Positions 7,859 to 15,803 of a DNA stretch of 17,759 bases are shown piece after piece. A program made the translations under genes and the position numbers. Position 1 is the stretch's first letter. Each line of letters opens with the position of its first letter. Under the pieces are notes generated by a model. That model was given only the letters and a program-made list of their open reading frames with translations, ran no database searches and had not been told where the DNA came from. This stretch comes from Candidatus Iainarchaeum sp. Its GTDB lineage: Archaea > Iainarchaeota > Iainarchaeia > Iainarchaeales > CSSED10-239. Location: assembly GCA_003559395.1 (NCBI GenBank), contig PWLL01000043.1, forward strand, positions 1 through 17,759, given 5' to 3'.

Positions 7859-8218
7859 TTGAAAAATAAAACAACTACCCCCTATCAAAATAAAAGACTA
7901 AAAACTCCAAATAAAGACGATTTGGAGATGTACGGAAAAGTTACTCAAATGATGGGTGTAAACAACATAAAAGTTATGTGTGAAGATGGTATCGAAAGAA
8001 ACTGTCGTATTCCTGGTAAAATGTTTAAACACATCTGGATAAAACAAAACGATGTTGTGATAATAAAACTATGGGACTTTCAACCATCAAAAGCAGACGT
8101 GATTTGGAGATATTTAGGTTTTCAAAGATCTCAACTTGAGAGAAGAGGAGAACTTGACAAATTATACGAGCACACGATGGATGTTATTGTTCCACCAAAA
8201 GAAACTGAAGAACAGTAA
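7859..8218 (+). CDS. eif1a: Translation initiation factor aIF1A (S1-like OB fold)
   Basis: RLKTPNKDDLEMYGKVTQMMGVNNIKVMCEDGIERNCRIPGKMFKHIWIKQNDVVIIKLWDFQPSKADVIWRY matches the aIF1A/eIF1A core. The TTG start is supported by the upstream AGGTGA. The first in-frame ATG (7928) would remove conserved N-terminal residues. Confidence 0.9.
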   Translation: MKNKTTTPYQNKRLKTPNKDDLEMYGKVTQMMGVNNIKVMCEDGIERNCRIPGKMFKHIWIKQNDVVIIKLWDFQPSKADVIWRYLGFQRSQLERRGELDKLYEHTMDVIVPPKETEEQ

Positions 8219-8245
8219 TTGCGCTTTTTTTAAAATAAGAATAAT

Positions 8246-8983
8246 ATGTTTGTAAACAAAATAGAAAACTATGTGTTTGATAATCTTGCACATAAAACCT
8301 TATATAAGCTTGCTGCTTCAAACGTTATTGATTCGATAGATATGACTTTGTCTAGTGGCAAAGAGGCTGTTACATTTCTAGGACACTCAAACACAAACCC
8401 AATCGTTGCAAAGATATACAAAATAGAAACCTCTCCATTTCACAACCTACAAAAATACATTGTTGGAGACCAAAGATTCAAGCATGTAAAAAAAGACAAA
8501 CGAAATTTGTTTCTTGCGTGGGCAAGTAAAGAATATAAAAACCTTAATCTTATGTTAAAGAACAATGTTTCTTGTCCAGTGCCTATTGCAATAAAAGAAA
8601 ATATTCTGATAATGTCTTTTATTGGTGAAAAAGATGTGGCTTTTCCAAGACTTGTTAATTGTAAGTTTGATCATGAGGTTATTTATGAACAAATTGTTGA
8701 TGAGTATGGAAAAATGCTTTATGGTGCAAATCTTGTGCATGCTGATTTTAGTGCTTATAATATTCTCGTAAACCCAACTACTGCAAAAATAACCATCATT
8801 GATGTTGGTCAAGCAGTTTTGATCAATCATCCAAAAGCACAAGATTTTCTTAAAAGAGATATAATTAATATAACTGATTTTTTAAACAAAAAACATAAAA
8901 AACAAATAACCTATGAAGAATTTTTAAACAAGCTTAAAAAAAAAAAAGAAGAGATGTATGGAAGAAATAATAATAGTGAATAA
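8246..8983 (+). CDS. rio1: RIO-type serine/threonine protein kinase/ATPase (Rio1-like, no N-terminal wHTH)
   Basis: The ATP-binding loop is GKEAVTFLG, the lysine strand is VAKIYK, the catalytic loop is LVHADFSAYNILV and the metal-binding segment is IIDVGQAV. Confidence 0.9.
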   Translation: MFVNKIENYVFDNLAHKTLYKLAASNVIDSIDMTLSSGKEAVTFLGHSNTNPIVAKIYKIETSPFHNLQKYIVGDQRFKHVKKDKRNLFLAWASKEYKNLNLMLKNNVSCPVPIAIKENILIMSFIGEKDVAFPRLVNCKFDHEVIYEQIVDEYGKMLYGANLVHADFSAYNILVNPTTAKITIIDVGQAVLINHPKAQDFLKRDIINITDFLNKKHKKQITYEEFLNKLKKKKEEMYGRNNNSE

Positions 8984-9527
8984 ACCAAGACTGCCTGTAA
9001 TTATAGGCGATCAAGGAAAAACAAAAAGACTTTTAGAGAAAAAACTAAACGTTTCTTTAGAGATTGATAGTCATACAGCTGAGATAAACATTGTTTCTGA
9101 AAAATCATACTATGAGATCTATCTTGCAAAAAAAATAATTAACGCAATTGCAAGAGGTTTTTCTCCTTTTGATGCTTTGTTGTTATTAAAGGAAAATAAC
9201 ATTCTAGAGATTCTTCATATTCAAGACTATGTTGGAAAAAACACAAAAAGAGTAACAGACATAAAAGGCAGAATTATTGGAAAAGAAGGAAAAATAAAAG
9301 ATTTTATTGAAAACAGATATGGTTGTAAAATTTCTGTGTACGGTAAGACGATTGCTATTATTTTAAAAGAAGAAGATCAAGAAGAAGCTATAAAAGTTAT
9401 ACAAACAATTCTTGCTGGTGCAAAACACAAAACTGCTTTTAAGATGATGCGAAAACATAAGATTTTTAAAAATTACAAAAAAGAAATGCCAGAAGATAAG
9501 AAGATAGATGATATTTCTTTTGAATGA
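8958..9527 (+). CDS. Tandem KH-domain RNA-binding protein (Dim2/Pno1-like)
   Basis: Two KH modules carry GxxG loops (IIGDQGKTKRLLE and IIGKEGKIKDFIE). It follows the RIO kinase, as in the conserved archaeal aIF1A-Rio-KH arrangement. It overlaps the RIO gene by 26 nt. An in-frame GTG at 8976 is an alternative start. Confidence 0.8.
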   Translation: MEEIIIVNKPRLPVIIGDQGKTKRLLEKKLNVSLEIDSHTAEINIVSEKSYYEIYLAKKIINAIARGFSPFDALLLLKENNILEILHIQDYVGKNTKRVTDIKGRIIGKEGKIKDFIENRYGCKISVYGKTIAIILKEEDQEEAIKVIQTILAGAKHKTAFKMMRKHKIFKNYKKEMPEDKKIDDISFE

Positions 9528-9534
9528 TTTTTTT
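9528..9534 (+). terminator. Oligo-T tract immediately after the KH gene stop (candidate archaeal intrinsic terminator)
   Basis: A T7 run follows the TGA (9525..9527). After it comes an approximately 75-nt TA-rich spacer before top6B. Confidence 0.3.
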
Positions 9535-9608
9535 GTTGATAACTAAAATATATTTATAAATATATCTATATATATTATATATATACAACTACATATATAT
9601 TATTAAAT

Positions 9609-11288
9609 GTGAAAAAAATGTCTAAAAACGAAACAGAAGAAATAGATGCAAATGTTTTATTTAGTGAGTTTAAAGAACACTCAGTCGCTGACTTTTTTAA
9701 AAAAAACAGACAGATGCTTGGTCTTTATGGAAAGCAAAGAACCTTAACTACAATTATTCATGAGCTAGTTACTAATTCTTTAGACGCTTGTGAAGAAGCT
9801 GGCATCTTGCCAGAAATAGAAGTGCAGGTTTCTGAGATTGCTAAAGAACACTATGAGATTGCTGTTAAAGATAATGGCCCAGGAATTCCTGAAAATAAAG
9901 TCGGTAACGCTCTGGGAAAATTGCTTGCTGGGACTAAATTTCATAGACTTGTTCAAACAAGAGGCCAACAAGGAATCGGAGTTAGTGGAATTATTTTGTT
10001 TTCTCAAATTACTACTGGAAAACCATCAAAAGTAATAACAGGAACAAGTAAAGAAAAAACAATTTCTTTAGAAATAAGTATTGACTCAAAAACAAATTCT
10101 CCAAAAATGACTAACAAACAAGTTCTTGAAAAAAAACACAGAGGAACAATAATAAAATCTAAGTTTAAGGAAATTATTTACAAAAAAGGACAAAATTCAG
10201 TAGACGAATATTTAAGAAGAAGCGCAATAGCAAACCCACATGCGTCTATTAAGTTTCAAGATCCTTTTGGAGAAGTTGTAGAATATACAAGAACTGTTAA
10301 AAAACTACCACAGATACCAAAAGAAGTAAAACCACACCCAAGAGGTGTTTCAGTAGATGAGATGTTGAGTTTTGCAAGACATTCTGAATCTAGAAAAGTG
10401 TCTTCTTATCTTGCACAGGCTTATGATAGGTTTGGTTCTAAAGCTATTGAAAATGTTGCAAAACTAGTTCATTTTGATATTAATAAAGATCCTAAAAAAA
10501 TAACTTGGGAAGAAGCAGAAGATATTGTTAAAGCTATAAAACAAACTAAATTTATTGCACCAAATACAGAAAATCTTGTGCCGATTGGTCAAAACCATAT
10601 TGAAAAACCATTAAAATCAATTGTTGATCCTGAGTTTGTTTTTGTGACTACTAGAAAACCAGCTGTCTATCAAGGAGGGTATGCTTTTCAAGTAGAGGTT
10701 GGTGTTGCATATGGTGGTGGCGCTGGAAGATTAATGTTTATAGATAAAAAAAATGAAGAAGAAGGACCAAAAGAAATAAGATTTTCAGAAATTATAAGAT
10801 ATGCAAATAAAGCGCCTTTGTTGTTTGATGCAGGCGGTTGTGCAATTACAAAAACTGTGCAGTCTGTTGATTGGAAAAGATATGGTGTTTCTAATTTTGA
10901 TAATTCTCCAATAACTGTTTTTGTAAACGTGGTCTCTGTTCATATACCTTACACATCTGCAGGAAAAACAGCAATCGCAGAAGAAGAGGAAATTGTTAAT
11001 GATATTAAGCTTGCGCTTATGGATGTTTCTAGAAAAGTAGGCGGATTTATTATTCAGAAAAAAAGAGAAGCTGAAAGAAAAGAAAAAAGAAGAGTTTTTT
11101 CTAAGTATGTTCCTGAGATTGTTGCAGCTTTATCAAGATCTACAGGAAAGAGCAAAGAGTTGCTTGAAAAAAACCTAATGACCATGGTTCTTGAAAAACT
11201 CAAACTTGATGATGAAGAAAATGGTTTTGAAGAACCTATAAAAGAAGAACCTACAAAAGAAGAACCTACAAAAGAAAAAAAAGAATGA
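9609..11288 (+). CDS. top6B: DNA topoisomerase VI subunit B (GHKL/Bergerat ATPase)
   Basis: The N-box is ELVTNSLDA, the G1 box is DNGPGI and the G2 box is RGQQGIGVSG, followed by transducer-domain length. Subunit A lies immediately downstream. The track start at 9609 is GTG, with an in-frame ATG at 9618. Confidence 0.95.
   Translation: MKKMSKNETEEIDANVLFSEFKEHSVADFFKKNRQMLGLYGKQRTLTTIIHELVTNSLDACEEAGILPEIEVQVSEIAKEHYEIAVKDNGPGIPENKVGNALGKLLAGTKFHRLVQTRGQQGIGVSGIILFSQITTGKPSKVITGTSKEKTISLEISIDSKTNSPKMTNKQVLEKKHRGTIIKSKFKEIIYKKGQNSVDEYLRRSAIANPHASIKFQDPFGEVVEYTRTVKKLPQIPKEVKPHPRGVSVDEMLSFARHSESRKVSSYLAQAYDRFGSKAIENVAKLVHFDINKDPKKITWEEAEDIVKAIKQTKFIAPNTENLVPIGQNHIEKPLKSIVDPEFVFVTTRKPAVYQGGYAFQVEVGVAYGGGAGRLMFIDKKNEEEGPKEIRFSEIIRYANKAPLLFDAGGCAITKTVQSVDWKRYGVSNFDNSPITVFVNVVSVHIPYTSAGKTAIAEEEEIVNDIKLALMDVSRKVGGFIIQKKREAERKEKRRVFSKYVPEIVAALSRSTGKSKELLEKNLMTMVLEKLKLDDEENGFEEPIKEEPTKEEPTKEKKE
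11229..11273. repeat. Three tandem 15-bp coding repeats at the TopoVI-B C-terminus
   Basis: The copies are gaagaacctataaaa, gaagaacctacaaaa and gaagaacctacaaaa, encoding EEPIK-EEPTK-EEPTK. Confidence 0.9.
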
Positions 11289-11294
11289 TTTTTT

Positions 11295-11299
11295 GGTGA
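11295..11299 (+). promoter_or_regulatory. Shine-Dalgarno-like site for top6A
   Basis: GGTGA lies 6 nt upstream of the ATG at 11306, in the 17-nt spacer after top6B. Confidence 0.45.
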
Positions 11300-11305
11300 A
11301 AATTT

Positions 11306-12427
11306 ATGAAAGAAAATAAAAAACATGATTTTGAAAGTAATGAAGAAATATCAAAAAGAGTATATCAAATCATTTCAGATTTAACACATCAAATAGAAAA
11401 TATGCACCCTCCAACCTTTAATACAAAAATAAGAGGACAAAGTAACGTCATCTTTGATGAAAAAGAAGGATTGTTAGAACTAGGTGACAAACAAACAAGA
11501 AGAAGCTTCTTAAATCTTGGACAAGCTAGAAAGTTTATGCAAACTTCATTAATATTAAATAGATGTTATGAATATTTACAAAGAAACAAAACAGCATCTA
11601 TAAGAGAAATCTATTACGAGCTAAAACACGCAATTGCAAACACAAAAGAAAACACCTTTGATGCACAAGAGGAATCAAATGAAGTTATTGTTGATGTTGA
11701 ACATTCTGTAAACTCTATAAGAGAAAAACTAAATCTTCAAGCAGAACCAAAAGGAGCACTTTACGGAAACATTGTTTTAAAAGATATGATGCATGATCAA
11801 AACGAGTTTAATTGTAGTAACCTTGGAAGAGGTGGCTGGTCTATCATGTCTAGAATTGAACCAGAAGAAATTAAAATAGAATCAGTTGATGCTGACTTTT
11901 TATTAGTTGTTGAGACAAGTGCGATGTATAATCGACTTATTGAAGAAAGATATCCTAAAAAAAATAAAGCCATCTTAATAAGTACTGGAGGACAGGCTGC
12001 AAGAGGAACAAGAAGATTAATACATAGACTACATTATGAACAAAACTTACCTGTTGTTGTTTTTACTGATGGAGACCCTTATGGATGGTATATTTACTCA
12101 GTTATTAAACGTGGGTCAATGGCTTTAGCAGCACACTCTAAGTTTTTATGTGTGCCTGAAGCAAAGTATGTTGGTATGCGTTTAAAAGACGTAGATACTT
12201 ATGGTTTAAAAGAAGTAACTGAGCCTTTAAAAGAAGGAGATATAAAAAGAGCAAAAGAGATGTTAGCTTATCCTTGGTTTCAAAGTGATGGTTGGCAAGC
12301 TGAACTAAAAAGTGCGCTTACAAGAAAAATAAGAATAGAGCAACAGGCATTAGCCAACAAGTCTTTAGAATTTGTTGCAGAGAAATATTTGCCTGAGAAA
12401 ATAGATAATGAAGATTTCTTATCTTAG
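11306..12427 (+). CDS. top6A: DNA topoisomerase VI subunit A (Spo11 homologue)
   Basis: The catalytic-tyrosine region is SIREIYYELKH. The Toprim glutamate region is LLVVETSAMYNRL and the DxD motif is FTDGDPYGWYIY. Confidence 0.95.
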   Translation: MKENKKHDFESNEEISKRVYQIISDLTHQIENMHPPTFNTKIRGQSNVIFDEKEGLLELGDKQTRRSFLNLGQARKFMQTSLILNRCYEYLQRNKTASIREIYYELKHAIANTKENTFDAQEESNEVIVDVEHSVNSIREKLNLQAEPKGALYGNIVLKDMMHDQNEFNCSNLGRGGWSIMSRIEPEEIKIESVDADFLLVVETSAMYNRLIEERYPKKNKAILISTGGQAARGTRRLIHRLHYEQNLPVVVFTDGDPYGWYIYSVIKRGSMALAAHSKFLCVPEAKYVGMRLKDVDTYGLKEVTEPLKEGDIKRAKEMLAYPWFQSDGWQAELKSALTRKIRIEQQALANKSLEFVAEKYLPEKIDNEDFLS

Positions 12428-12497
12428 TTTTCTGAAAAAACAAATCTCTTTTTAATTTTACGTGTAGTAAAATTTAATTGTATTAAATAAAAACACA

Positions 12498-12509
12498 CTT
12501 TATTTAAAC
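12498..12509 (+). promoter_or_regulatory. TATA-like box for the ATPase gene
   Basis: ctttatttaaac is centred about 30 nt upstream of the ATG at 12533, with no SD-like sequence between. Confidence 0.3.
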
Positions 12510-12532
12510 TTTTCGGTCATATAATATATGTT

Positions 12533-13768
12533 ATGACATATATATCTAGAGATCTAGAAAAAAAAATAATTAGTTTTTTAAACTCAGAAGAGATCATTGC
12601 TATTTCTGGAGCAAGACAAGTAGGAAAAACAACGATGATAGAACATCTACTAAGCAATATAAAAAACAAGAATATTACAAAAATAACTTTTGATAATATT
12701 AATATTAAAAATTTATTTGTAAATAATACAGAAGAATTTATTGAAAAGTATATAAAAAATACAGATGTTCTTTTTATTGATGAAATTCATTATGTTAAAG
12801 ATAGTGGAAAAATATTAAAATATATTTACGATAAATATAAGAAAAAAACCAAAATCATTATTACCTCATCATCATCTTTAGATCTATCAATCCAAAGTTT
12901 AAAATATCTTGTAGGAAGAGTAATTATTTTTGAACTTTTTTCTTTTTCTTTTTATGAGTTTTTATTAGCAAAAGATAAAAAATTAGCAGAAATGTATAAA
13001 AAAGCAAATAACTCAAAAGACATGTATAATTTATTTAAACCATATTTAAACGAATATTTTTTGTATGGTGGATATCCAAAAGTCGTTCTAGAAAAAAATA
13101 GAGATAATAAAGAAAGAATTCTTAAAAACATTGTTTATACGTTCGCTTTAAGAGACGTTATTTCTTTAACAAATCTATCAGATGATTTTAAATTAAATAA
13201 TTTATTAATTTCTTTATCTTTACAAATAGGAAATATAATAAATTATCAAGATCTATCAAATAGATCAAATCTAAATTATTTAAATGTAAAAAACATATTA
13301 AATATTTTTAATAAAACACATATTTGTAAACAAATAAAACCATTTTATAAAAATAAAATTACAGAGCTTACAAAAAAGAAAAAAATTTATTTTTATGATC
13401 TTGGATTAAGAAATGCAGTAATTGATAAGTTTTTAGTTAAAGATGTTGATGCTGGATTTATTGCAGAAAATTTTGTTTTTTGTGAATTAATAAGAAACGA
13501 AATTGTGCCTAAATATTGGAGAACTGATGATGGTGCTGAAGTTGATTTTGTTATTGAAAAAGGATACGACCTATATTCAATAGAAGTAAAAAATGATCTT
13601 AAAAGAGATAATATAAGTAAATCTTATATTAGTTTTATAAAAAAATATAGTCCTAAAAAAGGCTTTATTGTTACAGATTATTTAAAATCAAAAAAAAAGT
13701 ATGTAAATACAGAGATTGATTTTATATCTTTTATTAATATTTTTGAAATTATAAAAAATATTAAGTAA
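12533..13768 (+). CDS. AAA ATPase of the AAA_14 + DUF4143 type with a C-terminal PD-(D/E)xK-like motif
   Basis: Walker A is ISGARQVGKTT and Walker B is VLFIDEIHY. The family-typical central block YGGYPKV is present, along with the DUF4143-like region (...IYFYDLGLRN...). The C-terminal segment ENFVFCEL...DGAEVDFVIE...YSIEVKN resembles a restriction-endonuclease-fold signature. Confidence 0.85.
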   Translation: MTYISRDLEKKIISFLNSEEIIAISGARQVGKTTMIEHLLSNIKNKNITKITFDNINIKNLFVNNTEEFIEKYIKNTDVLFIDEIHYVKDSGKILKYIYDKYKKKTKIIITSSSSLDLSIQSLKYLVGRVIIFELFSFSFYEFLLAKDKKLAEMYKKANNSKDMYNLFKPYLNEYFLYGGYPKVVLEKNRDNKERILKNIVYTFALRDVISLTNLSDDFKLNNLLISLSLQIGNIINYQDLSNRSNLNYLNVKNILNIFNKTHICKQIKPFYKNKITELTKKKKIYFYDLGLRNAVIDKFLVKDVDAGFIAENFVFCELIRNEIVPKYWRTDDGAEVDFVIEKGYDLYSIEVKNDLKRDNISKSYISFIKKYSPKKGFIVTDYLKSKKKYVNTEIDFISFINIFEIIKNIK

Positions 13769-14678
13769 AGTTTGATTTTTTATTTAGTTTTTTCCACTGG
13801 TTATCTATTTTTGTTTGTATTTTTTTTATATCTTCTTTTGATTTTAAGATTTGTTTAAATTTTGTTTGGGTTTTAAGAAATTCTTCTATTTTTATTTTTT
13901 TAGAAGGTTTATAGTTTATTTTATATCTTCCGTTCTCATATTCATATAAAGGCCAAAAATTAGTTTCTGTTGCAAGTTTGCTTATATTGATAGTTTGGTT
14001 TGATGGTGCTTTCATGTTTGTGGGACATGCTGCAAAAACATTAATTACTGCTGGTCCTTTAGTTTCAAAAGCTTTTTTTGCTTTGTTATATAGGTCTACA
14101 AGATCATATGGATTTGCGTTTGCTACATAAGGTATATTATGTGCGATTGCTATTTCTGTAAAGTTTTTTGCAAATTCTTTTTTTCCTGCAGGCGTAGTTG
14201 TTGAATATGCTCCGTAAGGTGTGTTTGATGATCGTTGAGACCCAGTATTTTGGTAGGCTTCGTTGGCATAACAAACATAAACAAAATCATGTCCTCTTTC
14301 TAGAGCACCAGACAAAGACTGAAGTCCAATGTCATATGACCCCCCATCTCCCCCAAATGCTAAAAATTTTATTTTCTTTTTTATGTTTCCTTTTTGTTTT
14401 CTTGCAAGATAGGCTTGTTCTACACCACTAATTGTTGCAGCTGCGTTTGCAAAAACAGAATGCATCCAAGGCACATTCCAGCTTGTATAAGGATAGATGC
14501 TAGTTGTTACTTCTGCACAAGATGTAGCTCCACAACAAACAACATCTTCATCTGTTGCAGACAAAATAGTTCTAAAGATTATTCCTATAGGACATCCTGG
14601 ACAAGTGCTATGTCCTGATTTTAACACTTTTTTTGTATTTATTTTTTTAGATAGTTGTTTATAATCCATATTTCTCAT
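13761..14678 (-). CDS. porB: 2-oxoacid (pyruvate-type):ferredoxin oxidoreductase beta subunit (TPP-binding)
   Basis: N-terminal CPGCP, additional cluster cysteines (VCCGATSC, FAACPT) and TPP motif GGDGGSYDIGLQSL. It is the last gene of the minus-strand operon. POR cannot be distinguished from VOR or KOR by eye. Confidence 0.88.
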   Translation of the reverse strand: MRNMDYKQLSKKINTKKVLKSGHSTCPGCPIGIIFRTILSATDEDVVCCGATSCAEVTTSIYPYTSWNVPWMHSVFANAAATISGVEQAYLARKQKGNIKKKIKFLAFGGDGGSYDIGLQSLSGALERGHDFVYVCYANEAYQNTGSQRSSNTPYGAYSTTTPAGKKEFAKNFTEIAIAHNIPYVANANPYDLVDLYNKAKKAFETKGPAVINVFAACPTNMKAPSNQTINISKLATETNFWPLYEYENGRYKINYKPSKKIKIEEFLKTQTKFKQILKSKEDIKKIQTKIDNQWKKLNKKSNFT

Positions 14679-14681
14679 TTT

Positions 14682-15803
14682 TTATTTTTTAATAACAGAC
14701 GCAATTATTTTTTCTGCATCTTCTGGATAAAAATCTCTTCCACCTATACCATAGACAAAAGAAAAAACTTCTATTTTTCTGGAAATTTCAGAAACACAAA
14801 GTTTAATATCTTTATAAAGCGGAGGCACACTTCCGTAACCAAAAGATCTATCAAGCACGATTATTTTCTTTGCATTTTTGAATACTTTTTTGTATTCTTG
14901 ATATAAAAAGGGTCTATATAGTTTTGGTTTTAATAAACCAACACTTATTTTTTTTCTACGTAGTTTGTCAACTACATCTTTTACTGTTCCTGCTGAAGAA
15001 CTAAGCACAACAACCACTATCTCTGATTTGCTTGCAAAATAGTCTTCATAAAGGTTTATTTTTTTATTAAATGTTTCTTTAAATTCTTTTGAAACTTCTT
15101 TAAATGCAGATGGTACGAGGTTGTTGGCTATGTCTATTTCTGTTTTTATTTTAAATTGATTGTCTTGTAGTGCTAGGCTTCCTATGGTGATTGGGTTTTT
15201 GGTGTCCAACAAATCGTACACGGGTTTGTATTTTCCAACAAACTTTTTAACATCTTTATCTTCAAACAAATGGGTGTTTTCCACAGTGTGTGATGTAAAA
15301 AACCCATCTATACAAACCATGCCTGGAAGGCAAACTTTTTCTATAAGTTTTTGCAAAAAAATAGTTGTTTCGTATGCTTCTTGGTTATTTTCACAATACA
15401 TCTGTATCCATCCTTGATCTATTGCAGACATACTATCTGAGTGATCACAATGAATGTTTATTGGTGAGGATATAGATCTGTTTGCAATCGGCATAATGAT
15501 TGGTAATCTTAGTCCAACTGCTACACCAAGCATCTCATACATGTATAACAGCCCTTGCGATGCTGTTGCTGTAGTTGCTCTTACTCCTGAACAACTGGCT
15601 CCTATTGCAACAGATAATGCTGAGTGTTCTGATTCTGTTCTTACAAGTTTTGTTTTTACTTTATTTTGTGCTTCAAACAAAGCGTATGCTTCAATTATTG
15701 GTGTTTGTGGAGTTATTGGATACATCGCAAATACTTCTGGCTCTATTTGTCTTAGAGCATGTGCAATTGCTTCTCCTCCAGAGATTGCTTTTTTCATGTT
15801 CAT
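14682..15803 (-). CDS. porA: 2-oxoacid (pyruvate-type):ferredoxin oxidoreductase alpha subunit
   Basis: ISGGEAIAHALRQIEPEVFAMYPITPQTPIIE matches the conserved GNEA...YPITPxT N-terminus. At 373 aa the length is typical. An alternative in-frame ATG lies at 15797. Confidence 0.9.
   Translation of the reverse strand: MNMKKAISGGEAIAHALRQIEPEVFAMYPITPQTPIIEAYALFEAQNKVKTKLVRTESEHSALSVAIGASCSGVRATTATASQGLLYMYEMLGVAVGLRLPIIMPIANRSISSPINIHCDHSDSMSAIDQGWIQMYCENNQEAYETTIFLQKLIEKVCLPGMVCIDGFFTSHTVENTHLFEDKDVKKFVGKYKPVYDLLDTKNPITIGSLALQDNQFKIKTEIDIANNLVPSAFKEVSKEFKETFNKKINLYEDYFASKSEIVVVVLSSSAGTVKDVVDKLRRKKISVGLLKPKLYRPFLYQEYKKVFKNAKKIIVLDRSFGYGSVPPLYKDIKLCVSEISRKIEVFSFVYGIGGRDFYPEDAEKIIASVIKK

Noticed and set aside
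7315-11326. Embedded ORFs 7315..7608-, 8555..8842-, 9780..10007-, 9838..10035+ and 11054..11326-
   Set aside because: They overlap confidently assigned genes (aIF2-beta/DUF424, RIO, top6B). They have no start-site context or motifs, and 9838..10035 is simply an alternate frame of top6B.
12454-12474. Hairpin or palindrome AATTTTAC-gtgta-GTAAAATT downstream of top6A, considered as a terminator or operator
   Set aside because: The 8-bp stem has seven A-T pairs and is thermodynamically weak. Inverted repeats of this size are expected by chance in AT-rich sequence. The preceding T-rich stretch (ctctttttaatttt) is a more conventional archaeal termination signal, and even that is unverified.
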